The translations under genes were made by a program, and so were the position numbers. From Candidatus Limnocylindrales bacterium (GTDB taxonomy: Bacteria > Chloroflexota > Limnocylindria > Limnocylindrales > CSP1-4): 51,860 nucleotides of DNA. The number at the start of each line of letters is the position of its first letter. Position 1 is the stretch's first letter. Shown here in pieces: positions 38,214 through 47,706 of the stretch. The stretch is from contig JBBQTO010000002.1 in assembly GCA_038234575.1 (NCBI GenBank), forward strand, positions 1 to 51,860, given 5' to 3'. The notes under the pieces are model-generated. The model was not told the DNA's origin and did no database searches. It saw only the letters and a list, made by a program, of their open reading frames with translations.

Positions 38214-41200
38214 GCGGGAGCCCCCTCCGGCGTTGCCGCCCGGAGCGCGATCTCGACCGGACCGTCCTCGAGCTCGACGACGCCGCGGGCGATGCCATCA
38301 GCGGAAGGCGCCGACCCTTCGGTAACGCGATCGGCGAGCGTCTCGGCAGCGACCGACGACAGGTGGCCGCGGACGGGCGCGGGCAGGCCCGAGACCCAGA
38401 GGTCGATGCGGGCATCGAGCGCGAGGCCGGCCTCCTTGCGGAGGTCCTGGATCGCGCGCTGGAGGCGGCGCGCCTCGCCCTCCGCGCGAAGCTCCGGCGT
38501 GAGCTCCGTGTAGATGACGACGACGAGGCCCTCGTCGTGGGCGACCGCTGTCCCAGGTCGTGGGACCGCCTGGATCTCGACCTCGTCCGGGGCGAGGACC
38601 TGACCGGCAAGCTCGACCGAACCGTCGGGCCGGATCACCGCCGAGCCGTTGCGCGCCGCCGCCATGACCGCCGGGATCGCCGAACCAAGACGCTTGCCGA
38701 TCTTCGGCAGCAACGGCTTGACGCGCCGCTCCACGAGGCTGGAGTCGTCGCCGATCAGTTCCACTGATTTGACGTTGAGCTCGTCGGCGATGATTGCCAG
38801 CAAGGCGTCCTGCTCGAGGAGGGCGCCTCCCGGCAGCGCGAGCCACAGGTGGGCGATCGGCTGGCGCGTCGGGATGCCGGCCGAAGACCGCAGCGTCCGG
38901 GCCAGCTCCACGGCGCGCCGGGCCGTCGCCATCGCGGATTCGAGCGCGACGTCGCGCAGCGCGTCGAGGCGCGGGAATCCGCTCAGGTGCACGCTCTCCG
39001 ACACCCCCGCATCCGACGATGCATCTCCTGTGGCAGCGAGGTTCCGGTACATCGCCTCGGCGAGGAACGGCAGCAGCGGCGCCATCACTCGCGAGATCGT
39101 CAACAGGACCGTGTGGAGCGTCTGGAACGCGGCGGCCGCATCCGCTGGGTCAACGGCGCGAGAGAAGCGCTTCCGGGAGCGGCGGAGGTACCAGGTCGAG
39201 AGATCGTCGACGAACGTCCCGATCGCGCGGGCCGCGGCGAGCGCATCGACGTCCCGAAGATTGGCGTCGACATCGGCGGTCAGGCCCGCGGCCCGGGACA
39301 GGATCCAGCGGTCCATCGGCGGACGCTCTTCGACCTCGGCGGTCGTGCCGTCGCCCCCGGCGCGGTTCGAGGCCTCCGGGCTGAAGCCCGTCGTGCGGGC
39401 GTAGGCGACGAAGAACGCGTAGACATTCCACAGGACGAGGAGCTCTCGGCGGGCCTCGTCGGCGGTGTGCCAGCCGAAAAGGATGTTCTCCTCGGGCCGC
39501 GCCTTCGCGAACATCCAGCGCATGACGTCGACGCCCATCCGGTCGGCCGCATCGTCGAACTCGATCGCGTTGCCCGAGCTCTTGTGCATCTGCTGGCCGT
39601 CCTCGGCGAAGACGAGGGCGTAGCCGAAGATCGTCTTGAAAGGCGGCTCGCGACGCAGGACGGTCGACATCGCGAGCATCGAGTAGAACCAGTTTCGGAA
39701 CTGGCCCGGGAAGCTCTCGGTGATGAAATCGGCCGGGAACCACTGCCGCCAGGACTCGGGATCCTCGCGGAAGTGAAGCGTCGAGAACGGCACGATCCCG
39801 GCATCGAGCCACGGGTTGCCCACGTCGGCGATGCGGCTCACCGGCGCGCCACAGCCCGGACAGGCGATCCTGACGGCATCGACGTGCGGCCGATGCGGTG
39901 TATGGCCCTCGAACGTTGCCCAACCCTCGACCGCCCGTTCCCCGAGCTCTGTCCGGCCGCCCACCACGTCGAACGTCCCGCACACCTGGCAGTCGTAGAT
40001 CGGCAGCGCCAGCCCGTAGTAGCGCTTCTTGCTGATCATCCAGTCCTGCATGTTCAGCAGCCAGTCGAGCTCGCGCTCGTAGCCGAAGGCGGGAATCCAT
40101 CGGATCTGGTCGACGACCTCCATGATCTGGTAGCGGAGGCTCGCGTTCACCTGCTCGGGGGTCAGCTGCTCGCGCGGCTGGTCATACACCTGGCCCATGC
40201 TGATGTACCACTCATCCACGAGCCGGAACACGAGGGCCGTCCCGCAGCGCCAGCAGTGCGGATAGCGGTGACGGATGGTCTCGAGCCGGTAGAACCGGCC
40301 GGTGGCCTTCAGGTGGTGGACGATCGGTTCGGTGACCTCGCGGACGTCGCGCCCGGAGAGCGAGCCGAAGCCGTCCAGGAAGATCCCGGCCTCGTCCAGC
40401 GGGGCGACGACGGGCAGGCCCAGCCGCTTGCCGAGCTGGTAGTCCTCGGCACCGCAGCCCGGGGCGACGTGGACAATCCCAGTGCCCTCGTCCTCGCCGA
40501 CCTCGTCCCAGGCGACCACGCGATGTTCGTACGGTCGGTCTGCCTCATCTCGCGTCCCCTTCGCGAAGGCCGCCTTCACCGCCCCGAGGTCGTCGTACGG
40601 CCCCGCATACCGCCAGCCGACGAGATCGGCGCCGAGGCGATCTTCGAGGACCTGGAAGGGCCCGACCAGCGCCTGCTTGAGGGTCCCCTTCGCCAGCCAC
40701 ATGACCTCGTCGCCCTGCTGGACCTTCACGTACTGCAAATCGTCGCCGACGGCGGCCGCGACGTTCGAGGTGAGGGTCCAGGGGGTCGTCGTCCAGACCA
40801 GCAGCGCCTCGCCCGGCCGGTCGAGTAGCGGCAGCCGGATCGTCAGCCCTGGGTCGTCGCGATCCTGGTAGCCCTCGTTGATCTCGGCCTGTGAAAGCCC
40901 GGTCCCGCAGCGGGCGCACCACGGCATCGTGTCGTGGCCTTTGTAGATCCAGCCGCGGCGATGGCACTCGGCCAGAAAGCCCCAGATGAGATCGTTGTTC
41001 TCGTTGCTGAACGTGAAGTACGAGCCCCCGAGCTCCTTGCTCCCAAGCCGGCCGACGAGCATCTCGACGGTGTCCGTCACGGGCCCGCTGGGTCCCTCGA
41101 TCGTCGCAAGCTGGGTGGGATCGGCAGCCAGGAGATCGCGCAGCCGACGGAGCTCGTCCGGGTCGTTCCAGTCCATCCACATCCCGAGCCGGATCGACTG

Positions 41201-41599
41201 CTCGGTCATCCGGGCGGCGTAGGTCAGGACGCGCTGCTTGCAGAGGCTGACGAACGCGGCGATGCCGAATTCCTCGATGTCGTGCTTGCTGGTGAACCCG
41301 AGGTCCCGCTCGACGTTGACCTCCACCCACAGGCCCTGACAGTCGAAGCCGTTCTGCCAGCGCTGGTTCTCCCCGAGCATCGCGTGGAAGCGCTGGAAGA
41401 CGTCCTTGTAGGCGCGGCCCCAGGCGTGGTGGACGCCCATCGGGTTGTTCGCGGTGATCGGACCGTCGAGGAAGCTCCAGCGCGAGCCGCCGGCGACCTG
41501 GGCGCGGAGCTTTGCGAACGTCCGGCGCTCGCGCCAGAGCTCGAGCGTCTCGTGCTCCATCGTCACGAGATCGGGGCGCGTCGGGACCGGTCGGAACAT
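38210..41599 (-). CDS. ileS: isoleucine--tRNA ligase
   Basis: 1129 aa. PITANNPMGVHHAWG (HIGH-class motif), WTTTPWTL, and QMHKSSGNAI (KMSKS-class motif). Confidence 0.94.
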   Translation of the reverse strand: MFRPVPTRPDLVTMEHETLELWRERRTFAKLRAQVAGGSRWSFLDGPITANNPMGVHHAWGRAYKDVFQRFHAMLGENQRWQNGFDCQGLWVEVNVERDLGFTSKHDIEEFGIAAFVSLCKQRVLTYAARMTEQSIRLGMWMDWNDPDELRRLRDLLAADPTQLATIEGPSGPVTDTVEMLVGRLGSKELGGSYFTFSNENNDLIWGFLAECHRRGWIYKGHDTMPWCARCGTGLSQAEINEGYQDRDDPGLTIRLPLLDRPGEALLVWTTTPWTLTSNVAAAVGDDLQYVKVQQGDEVMWLAKGTLKQALVGPFQVLEDRLGADLVGWRYAGPYDDLGAVKAAFAKGTRDEADRPYEHRVVAWDEVGEDEGTGIVHVAPGCGAEDYQLGKRLGLPVVAPLDEAGIFLDGFGSLSGRDVREVTEPIVHHLKATGRFYRLETIRHRYPHCWRCGTALVFRLVDEWYISMGQVYDQPREQLTPEQVNASLRYQIMEVVDQIRWIPAFGYERELDWLLNMQDWMISKKRYYGLALPIYDCQVCGTFDVVGGRTELGERAVEGWATFEGHTPHRPHVDAVRIACPGCGAPVSRIADVGNPWLDAGIVPFSTLHFREDPESWRQWFPADFITESFPGQFRNWFYSMLAMSTVLRREPPFKTIFGYALVFAEDGQQMHKSSGNAIEFDDAADRMGVDVMRWMFAKARPEENILFGWHTADEARRELLVLWNVYAFFVAYARTTGFSPEASNRAGGDGTTAEVEERPPMDRWILSRAAGLTADVDANLRDVDALAAARAIGTFVDDLSTWYLRRSRKRFSRAVDPADAAAAFQTLHTVLLTISRVMAPLLPFLAEAMYRNLAATGDASSDAGVSESVHLSGFPRLDALRDVALESAMATARRAVELARTLRSSAGIPTRQPIAHLWLALPGGALLEQDALLAIIADELNVKSVELIGDDSSLVERRVKPLLPKIGKRLGSAIPAVMAAARNGSAVIRPDGSVELAGQVLAPDEVEIQAVPRPGTAVAHDEGLVVVIYTELTPELRAEGEARRLQRAIQDLRKEAGLALDARIDLWVSGLPAPVRGHLSSVAAETLADRVTEGSAPSADGIARGVVELEDGPVEIALRAATPEGAPA

Positions 41600-41682
41600 C
41601 GAACCTCGCCTGGGCCGAGCGGCGGGGGCGGGTGCCGCTCCGTGGCCCGGAGGTGCCCGGCCGCGGCCGCCGACGGTCCGGC

Positions 41683-41689
41683 TATCCTA
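41683..41689. promoter_or_regulatory. symmetric -10 box: TATCCT (+, LCP gene, leaderless) and TAGGAT (-, ileS)
   Basis: TATCCTA is the only A/T-rich element in the 96-nt divergent spacer. On the plus strand it lies 7 nt before ATG 41696. Confidence 0.35.
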
Positions 41690-41695
41690 CCCGCG

Positions 41696-43477
41696 ATGGT
41701 CGCCGTCCACGAGTCGTCGTTGCGTCGCCGGTCCGGATTCGTGGCGGCCTTCCTCTCCCTGCTGTTCCCTGGACTGGGCCACGCCTATCTCGGCGCCTAT
41801 CGCCGCGGGCTCGGATTCGCGGCGCCGCCGCTCCTGATCGGCGCATTGCTGGCAGGAATCGTGGTCCGGATGAACACCGTGGACCTCGTCGGGATGGCCG
41901 TGCAGGGCTGGTTCCTGACCGCGCTCTTCATCGCCAACCTGGTGGCGCTCGCGTACCGGGCGGCGGCGACCATCGACGCCTGGGCGATCGCTCGGTCGAT
42001 CGGGACCGGTCGCCTGAAGTCACCGCGGTCGTGGCTACTGTCCACGGGTGGGCTGTCGGTCGGCGGCCTCGCCGCCGTGCTGCTCGTCATGAGCGTCGCC
42101 CACCTCGCGGTCGCCCACTACGACCTGCTCCTCGCGGGCACGGAAGAGTGCGTGTTCAATCCGGATGCCGGCTGCGGCGCTGCGGGTTCACCCGCGCCCG
42201 GCGACTCCACAATCCCCGGCGCGACCGTCGCTCCCGGCACTGACGGGGGGCCATCGATCCCCCCGTGGGACGGCAAGACCCGCCTGAACATCCTGCTCAT
42301 CGGGGCGGATGAGCAGAACGGCGCCCACAACACGGACACGATGATCACGGTGTCGATCGACCCGGTGAAGAACCAGGTCGTCCTCTTCACGCTCCCGCGC
42401 GACACCGTCGACGTTCCGATCCCGCCGACGAATCTCGCCGCCCGGAACCTGTTCGGCGGGACCTACCAGAGCAAGATCAACTCCTGGTTCTCCGCGGTGA
42501 AGGGCCGTTCCGACCTGTACCCCGGCAATGCGAACGCGCGCGGCTATACGGGCCTCAAGGACGTCCTCGGTAACCTCTATGGGCTCAACATCAAGTACTA
42601 CGTCGAGGTCAATTTCGACGGCTTCCAGAAGGTCGTCGACGCGCTCGGGGGCGTGACGGTCAACGTCCAGATCCCGGTCCTCGACAACGATTACCCGGTC
42701 CCCGCGAGCGCCACCCATGCCGGCGGCTACCAGCAGCGGCTGTACATCCCCGCCGGCCTGCAGCACATGACCGGCTTCCAGGCGCTCGAGTACGCGCGCT
42801 CCCGTCACACCTCGACAGACTTCGACCGCTCGGCTCGCCAGCAACGGGTGCTGGTCTCGCTCCGACGCCAGACCGACATCGCCCAGGTCCTGCCCTCGAT
42901 CAATGCCCTGACCGACGCCCTGAAGCAGTCGGTTCGGACGGACATCCCCCGCGAGCTGGTGCCCCAGCTGCTCGGCCTCGCGCAACGGATCGACACCCAT
43001 GCGATCCGCTCGGTCATCTTCACGCCGCCGTTCTACCAGCAGGAGTGCCTGAACTGCCCGCCGCGCGGGTACATCATCACCCCGAACGTGCAGCGGATCC
43101 GGGCCGCCGTCGCGGAGGCCTTCACGATTGACCCGAACTTCGAGGCGGCGCGCGATGCGCTGACGGCAGAAGCGGCGCAGGTCTGGGTCCTCAACGGCAC
43201 GACGCAGACCGGCGAGGCATCGCGGATCGCCGAGTTCCTCGACTACCTCGGGATCCCAGCCACAGCACCGAACCAGAAACCCGACGTGTCCGGACTTTCC
43301 GCCACGACGATCCGGATGTACAACGGAGCCGCCGACCGGGACCCACTGACGCTCGCAGCCCTCCGCCAGGTGTTCGGGGTCGAGCCGGTGGCCGTCACGG
43401 ATCCCTCTGTGCACGTCGACTACATCGTGATCACGGCGCGGACCACGCCGAACCTGACGCCGCCACCACTCCCCTAG
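41696..43477 (+). CDS. LytR-CpsA-Psr (LCP) family cell-envelope transferase with a polytopic N-terminal membrane domain
   Basis: Start set to ATG 41696 (the track ORF extends antisense into ileS). TM region, then RLNILLIGADEQNGAHNTDTMITVSIDPVKNQVVLFTLPRDT...LEYARSRH (LCP core). C-terminal LytR_C-like segment VWVLNGTTQTGEASRIAEFL. Confidence 0.88.
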   Translation: MVAVHESSLRRRSGFVAAFLSLLFPGLGHAYLGAYRRGLGFAAPPLLIGALLAGIVVRMNTVDLVGMAVQGWFLTALFIANLVALAYRAAATIDAWAIARSIGTGRLKSPRSWLLSTGGLSVGGLAAVLLVMSVAHLAVAHYDLLLAGTEECVFNPDAGCGAAGSPAPGDSTIPGATVAPGTDGGPSIPPWDGKTRLNILLIGADEQNGAHNTDTMITVSIDPVKNQVVLFTLPRDTVDVPIPPTNLAARNLFGGTYQSKINSWFSAVKGRSDLYPGNANARGYTGLKDVLGNLYGLNIKYYVEVNFDGFQKVVDALGGVTVNVQIPVLDNDYPVPASATHAGGYQQRLYIPAGLQHMTGFQALEYARSRHTSTDFDRSARQQRVLVSLRRQTDIAQVLPSINALTDALKQSVRTDIPRELVPQLLGLAQRIDTHAIRSVIFTPPFYQQECLNCPPRGYIITPNVQRIRAAVAEAFTIDPNFEAARDALTAEAAQVWVLNGTTQTGEASRIAEFLDYLGIPATAPNQKPDVSGLSATTIRMYNGAADRDPLTLAALRQVFGVEPVAVTDPSVHVDYIVITARTTPNLTPPPLP

Positions 43478-43534
43478 GTCGGCGCCTCTCCGGCTGGAGC
43501 TGCCTCGCAGCCTCGCGACTCCCGCGCGTCAGCG

Positions 43535-44515
43535 CTAGGTGATCGGCGTGAGCCAGTCGGCGAACCGCGGATCGCGACCCCGGACCGCGTCGAAATACGC
43601 GTTGGTCAGGCGCTGGCTGATCGGTCCCGCCTTGCCACTGCCGATCGGCCGATGGTCGACCTCGATGACCGGCGACATCTGGACGCCGGTCCCGCACAGG
43701 AACATCTCGTCGGCGATGTAAACCTCGGAGCGGTTGATCGAGCGGACGTCGACCGGGATACCAAGGGTCCCCGCAAGCTCCAGGACCGCGAGCCGGGTCA
43801 CGCCCTCGAGGATGTCGTCGGTGACCGTCGGCGTGATCAGGCGTCCGTCGCGAACGATGAACATGTTGGCCGCCGAGGCCTCGGACGCGTGACCGTCGTG
43901 GGTCAGGACGAGCGCCTCGTCGAAGCCGTTGAGCTCGGCCTCGGACTTCTGGAAGGCCATGTTGACGTAGCCCCCGACGATCTTGCCGCGGGCCGGCAGG
44001 GCGTCATCCGCGTTCCGACGCCAAGTGGAGGTCATGAGGCGCACGCCGAGCTCGGTGTCGATGTAGTTCCCGAACGGGACCGCGAACACCGTGAGCTCGT
44101 GGTCGAGGTTATGGAGGCGGACGCCGATCGCGCGCGAGGAGAGGTAGAAGCACGGCCGGATGTAGACGTCCTCGTGGAATGCGTTCCGGCGCGTGACCTC
44201 CGTCACGATCTCGACGAGCTCGTCTACGGTCGGCAGGTCACGCATGAGGAGCATTCCGGCGTTCTTCCGGATCCGGGCCATGTGCTCCCGGAACTTCAGG
44301 CCGTACAGGACGCCATCGTCGGCGTCCCAGTAGGCCCGGATCCCCTCGAAGACGGCCGTCCCATACATGAACGCGTGGGTCATGATGTTGACCCGGGCGT
44401 CCTTGAGAGGCACGTACTGGCCCTCGAAATACGTGAAGAGCTCGTCGACCGGCCGTGGCGCCTGGGCCGTCGGGGGGGTGCTGGCGGGAGCGTCCTGGGG
44501 CTTCTTGGTGAGCAT
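43535..44515 (-). CDS. ilvE: branched-chain amino acid aminotransferase
   Basis: FEGIRAY..., KIVGGYVNMAFQKSEA and ...EMFLCGTGVQMSPV, class IV aminotransferase. ATG 44515 with GAGGAG Shine-Dalgarno. The track ORF is 27 codons longer. Confidence 0.9.
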   Translation of the reverse strand: MLTKKPQDAPASTPPTAQAPRPVDELFTYFEGQYVPLKDARVNIMTHAFMYGTAVFEGIRAYWDADDGVLYGLKFREHMARIRKNAGMLLMRDLPTVDELVEIVTEVTRRNAFHEDVYIRPCFYLSSRAIGVRLHNLDHELTVFAVPFGNYIDTELGVRLMTSTWRRNADDALPARGKIVGGYVNMAFQKSEAELNGFDEALVLTHDGHASEASAANMFIVRDGRLITPTVTDDILEGVTRLAVLELAGTLGIPVDVRSINRSEVYIADEMFLCGTGVQMSPVIEVDHRPIGSGKAGPISQRLTNAYFDAVRGRDPRFADWLTPIT

Positions 44516-44577
44516 TCCTGCGGGGCTCCTCGTGATCGCGGAACGGCCAGCGGGACGATGGACGGAGCAGTCGGGCG

Positions 44578-44583
44578 AGTATA
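44578..44583 (-). promoter_or_regulatory. candidate -10 (TATACT) for ilvE
   Basis: Lies in the 90-nt CaCA-ilvE spacer, ~60 nt upstream of the ilvE ATG. Confidence 0.35.
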
Positions 44584-44605
44584 CCCCGCGCCTCACGGCC
44601 CTCCG

Positions 44606-45646
44606 TCAGGCCCCGGCGGCGACCGCGACGAGGCCGAGGTACACGACGTAGAACGCCACGCCAACCAGGAGGTGGCGGCCCCGCATGCGGCCCGTCCGAT
44701 ACACCGGCAGGAACACCGCCGCCGTGGAGAGAAACGCGAATGCCGCGCTGGCGAACGCGATGCGCGTCCCCGGGGCGAAGCTCCAGGCGGCCGGCGCGAA
44801 GACGAGGGCGACGATCGTCGCGATGGACGCCTGGAAGACCATCGCGCCCGAGATGTTGGCCATCGCCAGGGTGTCCTTGCCCTGGCGGACCCAGATGATC
44901 GCGTTGAACGCCTCCGGCAGCTCCGTCGCCATCGGGGCGACGATCAGCGCGAGGAGCACCTCATTGACCCCGAGCAGCCGGGCGATGTCCGAAACGGCCC
45001 CGACGAAGGTCACCGCGCCGACGACGATGAGGCCGACCCCGAGGAGCACCTGGAGGCTCACGATCCGCAGCCGCGCCGAATCGGCCTCGGGCGGCGCTCC
45101 GATGTCGAGGCGACCCAGCCGGAGCGGGTTCAGGCTCTCCGAGCCGATGGTCGATTCCGCAGCCAGGTGGTTCCGGACGTAGCGGCCGTACAGGACGACG
45201 AGGGCGACGGCGACGAGGAGCTTTGGCCAGGCCGGCTCGATCGGGAGGAACGCGGCCCCGATCGCAAGCGCGTAGGCCACCGCAAAGGCACGGACGTCGA
45301 CGCCCATCACGCCTCGGTCGACGTCGAGCACCTCGCCGTTCGCTCGCCGCTTGCTTTGCGCGAGCACGACGAGCCCGGTGACGCCGAAGGCGAGGGTCGA
45401 GAGCATGAACGGCGCCCCGAGGATCGCACCGATGCCAACGTCGCTGCTGTTGGCGCCCGACGTGAAGAGGATCGCGACGACTGGAATCGTGGTCTCGGGC
45501 AGGGCCGTCCCGACCGCGGCGAGCACGGATCCGACGGCGCCCTCGGAGAGATCCATCTTGTGGCCGAACCACTCGATCCCGTTCGTGAACAGCTCGGCGC
45601 CCACGAGGATGACCACGAAGGAGAACAGGAGGATGACCAGGTCCAT
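44606..45646 (-). CDS. CaCA-family cation/Ca2+ exchanger (YrbG-like)
   Basis: 346 aa, polytopic. Two alpha-repeat motifs: AAVGTALPETTIP and VAPMATELPEAFNAIIW. Confidence 0.8.
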   Translation of the reverse strand: MDLVILLFSFVVILVGAELFTNGIEWFGHKMDLSEGAVGSVLAAVGTALPETTIPVVAILFTSGANSSDVGIGAILGAPFMLSTLAFGVTGLVVLAQSKRRANGEVLDVDRGVMGVDVRAFAVAYALAIGAAFLPIEPAWPKLLVAVALVVLYGRYVRNHLAAESTIGSESLNPLRLGRLDIGAPPEADSARLRIVSLQVLLGVGLIVVGAVTFVGAVSDIARLLGVNEVLLALIVAPMATELPEAFNAIIWVRQGKDTLAMANISGAMVFQASIATIVALVFAPAAWSFAPGTRIAFASAAFAFLSTAAVFLPVYRTGRMRGRHLLVGVAFYVVYLGLVAVAAGA

Positions 45647-45650
45647 GGCG

Positions 45651-46010
45651 TCAGCTCGCCGCCGTACCCACCGCGACGCCGATCGCGATCACGATCACGA
45701 TCAAACCGGCCACGAGCACCATGCGCCGCTCGCCCGATCGGGCGAAGCCGACGAGGGCCGCCGCGACGCGCGCCGCCGGCGTGGCGACGACCCCGAGGAT
45801 CCCGAGCCATAGGAATCCCGTGGGCTGCAGGCCGCCGAGGTCCGAGGCCAGACGAGCCGGGTCGAGGGCCGGTGCCGCGTCGAGCGGCGAGCGACCGGAA
45901 CCGATGAGCAGCACCGTGCCGATCGCGATGAGGCCCACCGAGACATATGTGCCGATCGTCAGCAGGCGCCCGATCGACGCCTCAAGATGTCGCGGCCCGT
46001 TCGTCGTCAC
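45651..46010 (-). CDS. DUF1634-like small membrane protein
   Basis: 119 aa, three TM segments. The GTG start overlaps the TSUP stop (GTGA). The pairing of DUF1634 with TauE/SafE transporters is recalled from other genomes. Confidence 0.7.
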   Translation of the reverse strand: MTTNGPRHLEASIGRLLTIGTYVSVGLIAIGTVLLIGSGRSPLDAAPALDPARLASDLGGLQPTGFLWLGILGVVATPAARVAAALVGFARSGERRMVLVAGLIVIVIAIGVAVGTAAS

Positions 46011-46891
46011 CCGATCCCCAGGGCGCGACGCGCCATCTCGAACGCCGTGTACAGGAGGACCGCGACGAACAGGAAGCGCAGGACCCGGAGATCGACCCGG
46101 TGGGCCGTCCGCGAGCCGAGCGTTGCCCCGAGGAACACCCCGACGACGGTCGGTCCGACCACGTACGGGTCGATCCCGCCACGAATCAGATAGACGATCG
46201 CACTCGTGGAGGCGGTGATCCCGATCATGAGGTTGCTCGTCGCCGTCGACACCCGCAGCGGCACGCCCATCACGAGGTGCATGACCGGCACCTTGACGAT
46301 CCCGCCCCCGATGCCCAGCAGGGCCGAGACGACACCCGCGAACACGCTCCCGACGGCGCCGATTCGGAGATTGCGGACCGTGTAGCCCGGCCCCGAGAGT
46401 CGATCCGTTGCCGTGGGCGGGCCTGCGACCGCCTGGTCGAGCGTCGCGCCATCCGCATCCGGCCCGGCCTCCACCGCGCTCGACGCGTGGTCGTCCGCTT
46501 CGTCCGACGCCGGTGTGTCGGATCGGTCGGCCCGGGCCCGCCCGAGCATCGTCACCGCGACATAGGCAAGGAGCACCGCGAACAGGCCCGCGAGCAGTCG
46601 CTCGTCGAGCAGGAAGGCCACGGCACCACCGACGACCGCGCCGATCGCGGTGAACAGCTCGAGCAGCATGCCGAGCCGCAGGTTCGCGACGTTCAGCTGG
46701 AGGTACACGCTGGCCGATGCGCCGCTCGTCACGATGACGCAGACCAGCGATACGCCGACGGCCGCGCGAAGATCGAGCCCGAACGCGAGCGTGAGCAGCG
46801 GCACGATGAGGACGCCGCCGCCAAGCCCGAGGAGCGACCCGAAGACGCCCGTCGCCACGCCCCCGACGAGCATGAGCAGCCCGACTTCCAC
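46007..46891 (-). CDS. TSUP (TauE/SafE) family anion exporter
   Basis: 294 aa. GVFGSLLGLGGGVLIVPLL and LLGIGGGIVKVPVM repeats of the 4+4 TM architecture, separated by a long acidic loop. Confidence 0.82.
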   Translation of the reverse strand: MEVGLLMLVGGVATGVFGSLLGLGGGVLIVPLLTLAFGLDLRAAVGVSLVCVIVTSGASASVYLQLNVANLRLGMLLELFTAIGAVVGGAVAFLLDERLLAGLFAVLLAYVAVTMLGRARADRSDTPASDEADDHASSAVEAGPDADGATLDQAVAGPPTATDRLSGPGYTVRNLRIGAVGSVFAGVVSALLGIGGGIVKVPVMHLVMGVPLRVSTATSNLMIGITASTSAIVYLIRGGIDPYVVGPTVVGVFLGATLGSRTAHRVDLRVLRFLFVAVLLYTAFEMARRALGIG

Positions 46892-46945
46892 TTAGCTTCG
46901 ACTCTCAGGCGCGAGTACCGGCATGAGCCGGATCAGGGCCGGAGT

Positions 46946-47215
46946 CTACGGGCGGAGGTGCTGAGGGGCGTACGGGAGCAAAGCGACGTGCCGCGCGCGC
47001 TTGAGCGCGACCGAGAGCTCGCGCTGGTGTCCGGCGCACGTGCCGGTCTTGCGACGCGGCTCGATCTTGGCGCGCTCCGACAGGTAGCGGCGGAGACGGT
47101 TGACTTCCTTGTAGTCGATCTGAACGGTCTTGTCGGCGCAGAACGCGCAGACCTTGCGGCGACGTCGGTCACGGTAGAAATCGTCGCGCTTTCGGGAGGT
47201 GCGAGGTGGGGGCAT
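46946..47215 (-). CDS. rpsR: 30S ribosomal protein S18
   Basis: [56 protein letters not shown]. Confidence 0.93.
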   Translation of the reverse strand: MPPPRTSRKRDDFYRDRRRRKVCAFCADKTVQIDYKEVNRLRRYLSERAKIEPRRKTGTCAGHQRELSVALKRARHVALLPYAPQHLRP

Positions 47216-47229
47216 TCAGGTCTCTCCTG

Positions 47230-47694
47230 TCAGAACGGGAGGTCGTCGATCTCGGCGTCGTCGAAGCCACCGGGGCTTTTGCCACCGGGAGGCGGCGCGC
47301 CGGCCGGCTGGCCCGCTGCTCCGCCGGCACCGGGGGCGCCGGCGAACGTTCCCTCGGCGGTCTCGCGCTTGTCGAGACCGAGGACCGTATCGGCCGACAC
47401 GTCGAGCGAAGTGCCTTTGCGACCGTCATTCGTCTCGTACTCGCGGGTCCGGAACCGGCCGTCGACGAAGACGCGGCTGCCCTTGCGAAGATTCTCGGCC
47501 GCGCGCTCCGCGCGGTCGCCCCAGACGCTGACCCGGAACCAGTCGGTCGCCTCGACCCATTCACCGGTCTGCTGATTCTTCGATGACTGGTTCACGGCGA
47601 CGCTGAAGGTCGTGACCGGTCGCCCGCTGGGCGTGTAGCGGAGCTCGGGATCGCGGCCGAGATTGCCGATGATCTGAATCTTGCTGAGTGCCAT
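47230..47694 (-). CDS. ssb: single-stranded DNA-binding protein
   Basis: MALSKIQIIGNLGRDPELRYTPSGRPVTTFSVAV... OB fold, Gly/Pro-rich linker, and C-terminal DDLPF tip. Confidence 0.93.
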   Translation of the reverse strand: MALSKIQIIGNLGRDPELRYTPSGRPVTTFSVAVNQSSKNQQTGEWVEATDWFRVSVWGDRAERAAENLRKGSRVFVDGRFRTREYETNDGRKGTSLDVSADTVLGLDKRETAEGTFAGAPGAGGAAGQPAGAPPPGGKSPGGFDDAEIDDLPF

Positions 47695-47706
47695 CGTGCG
47701 ACCCTC

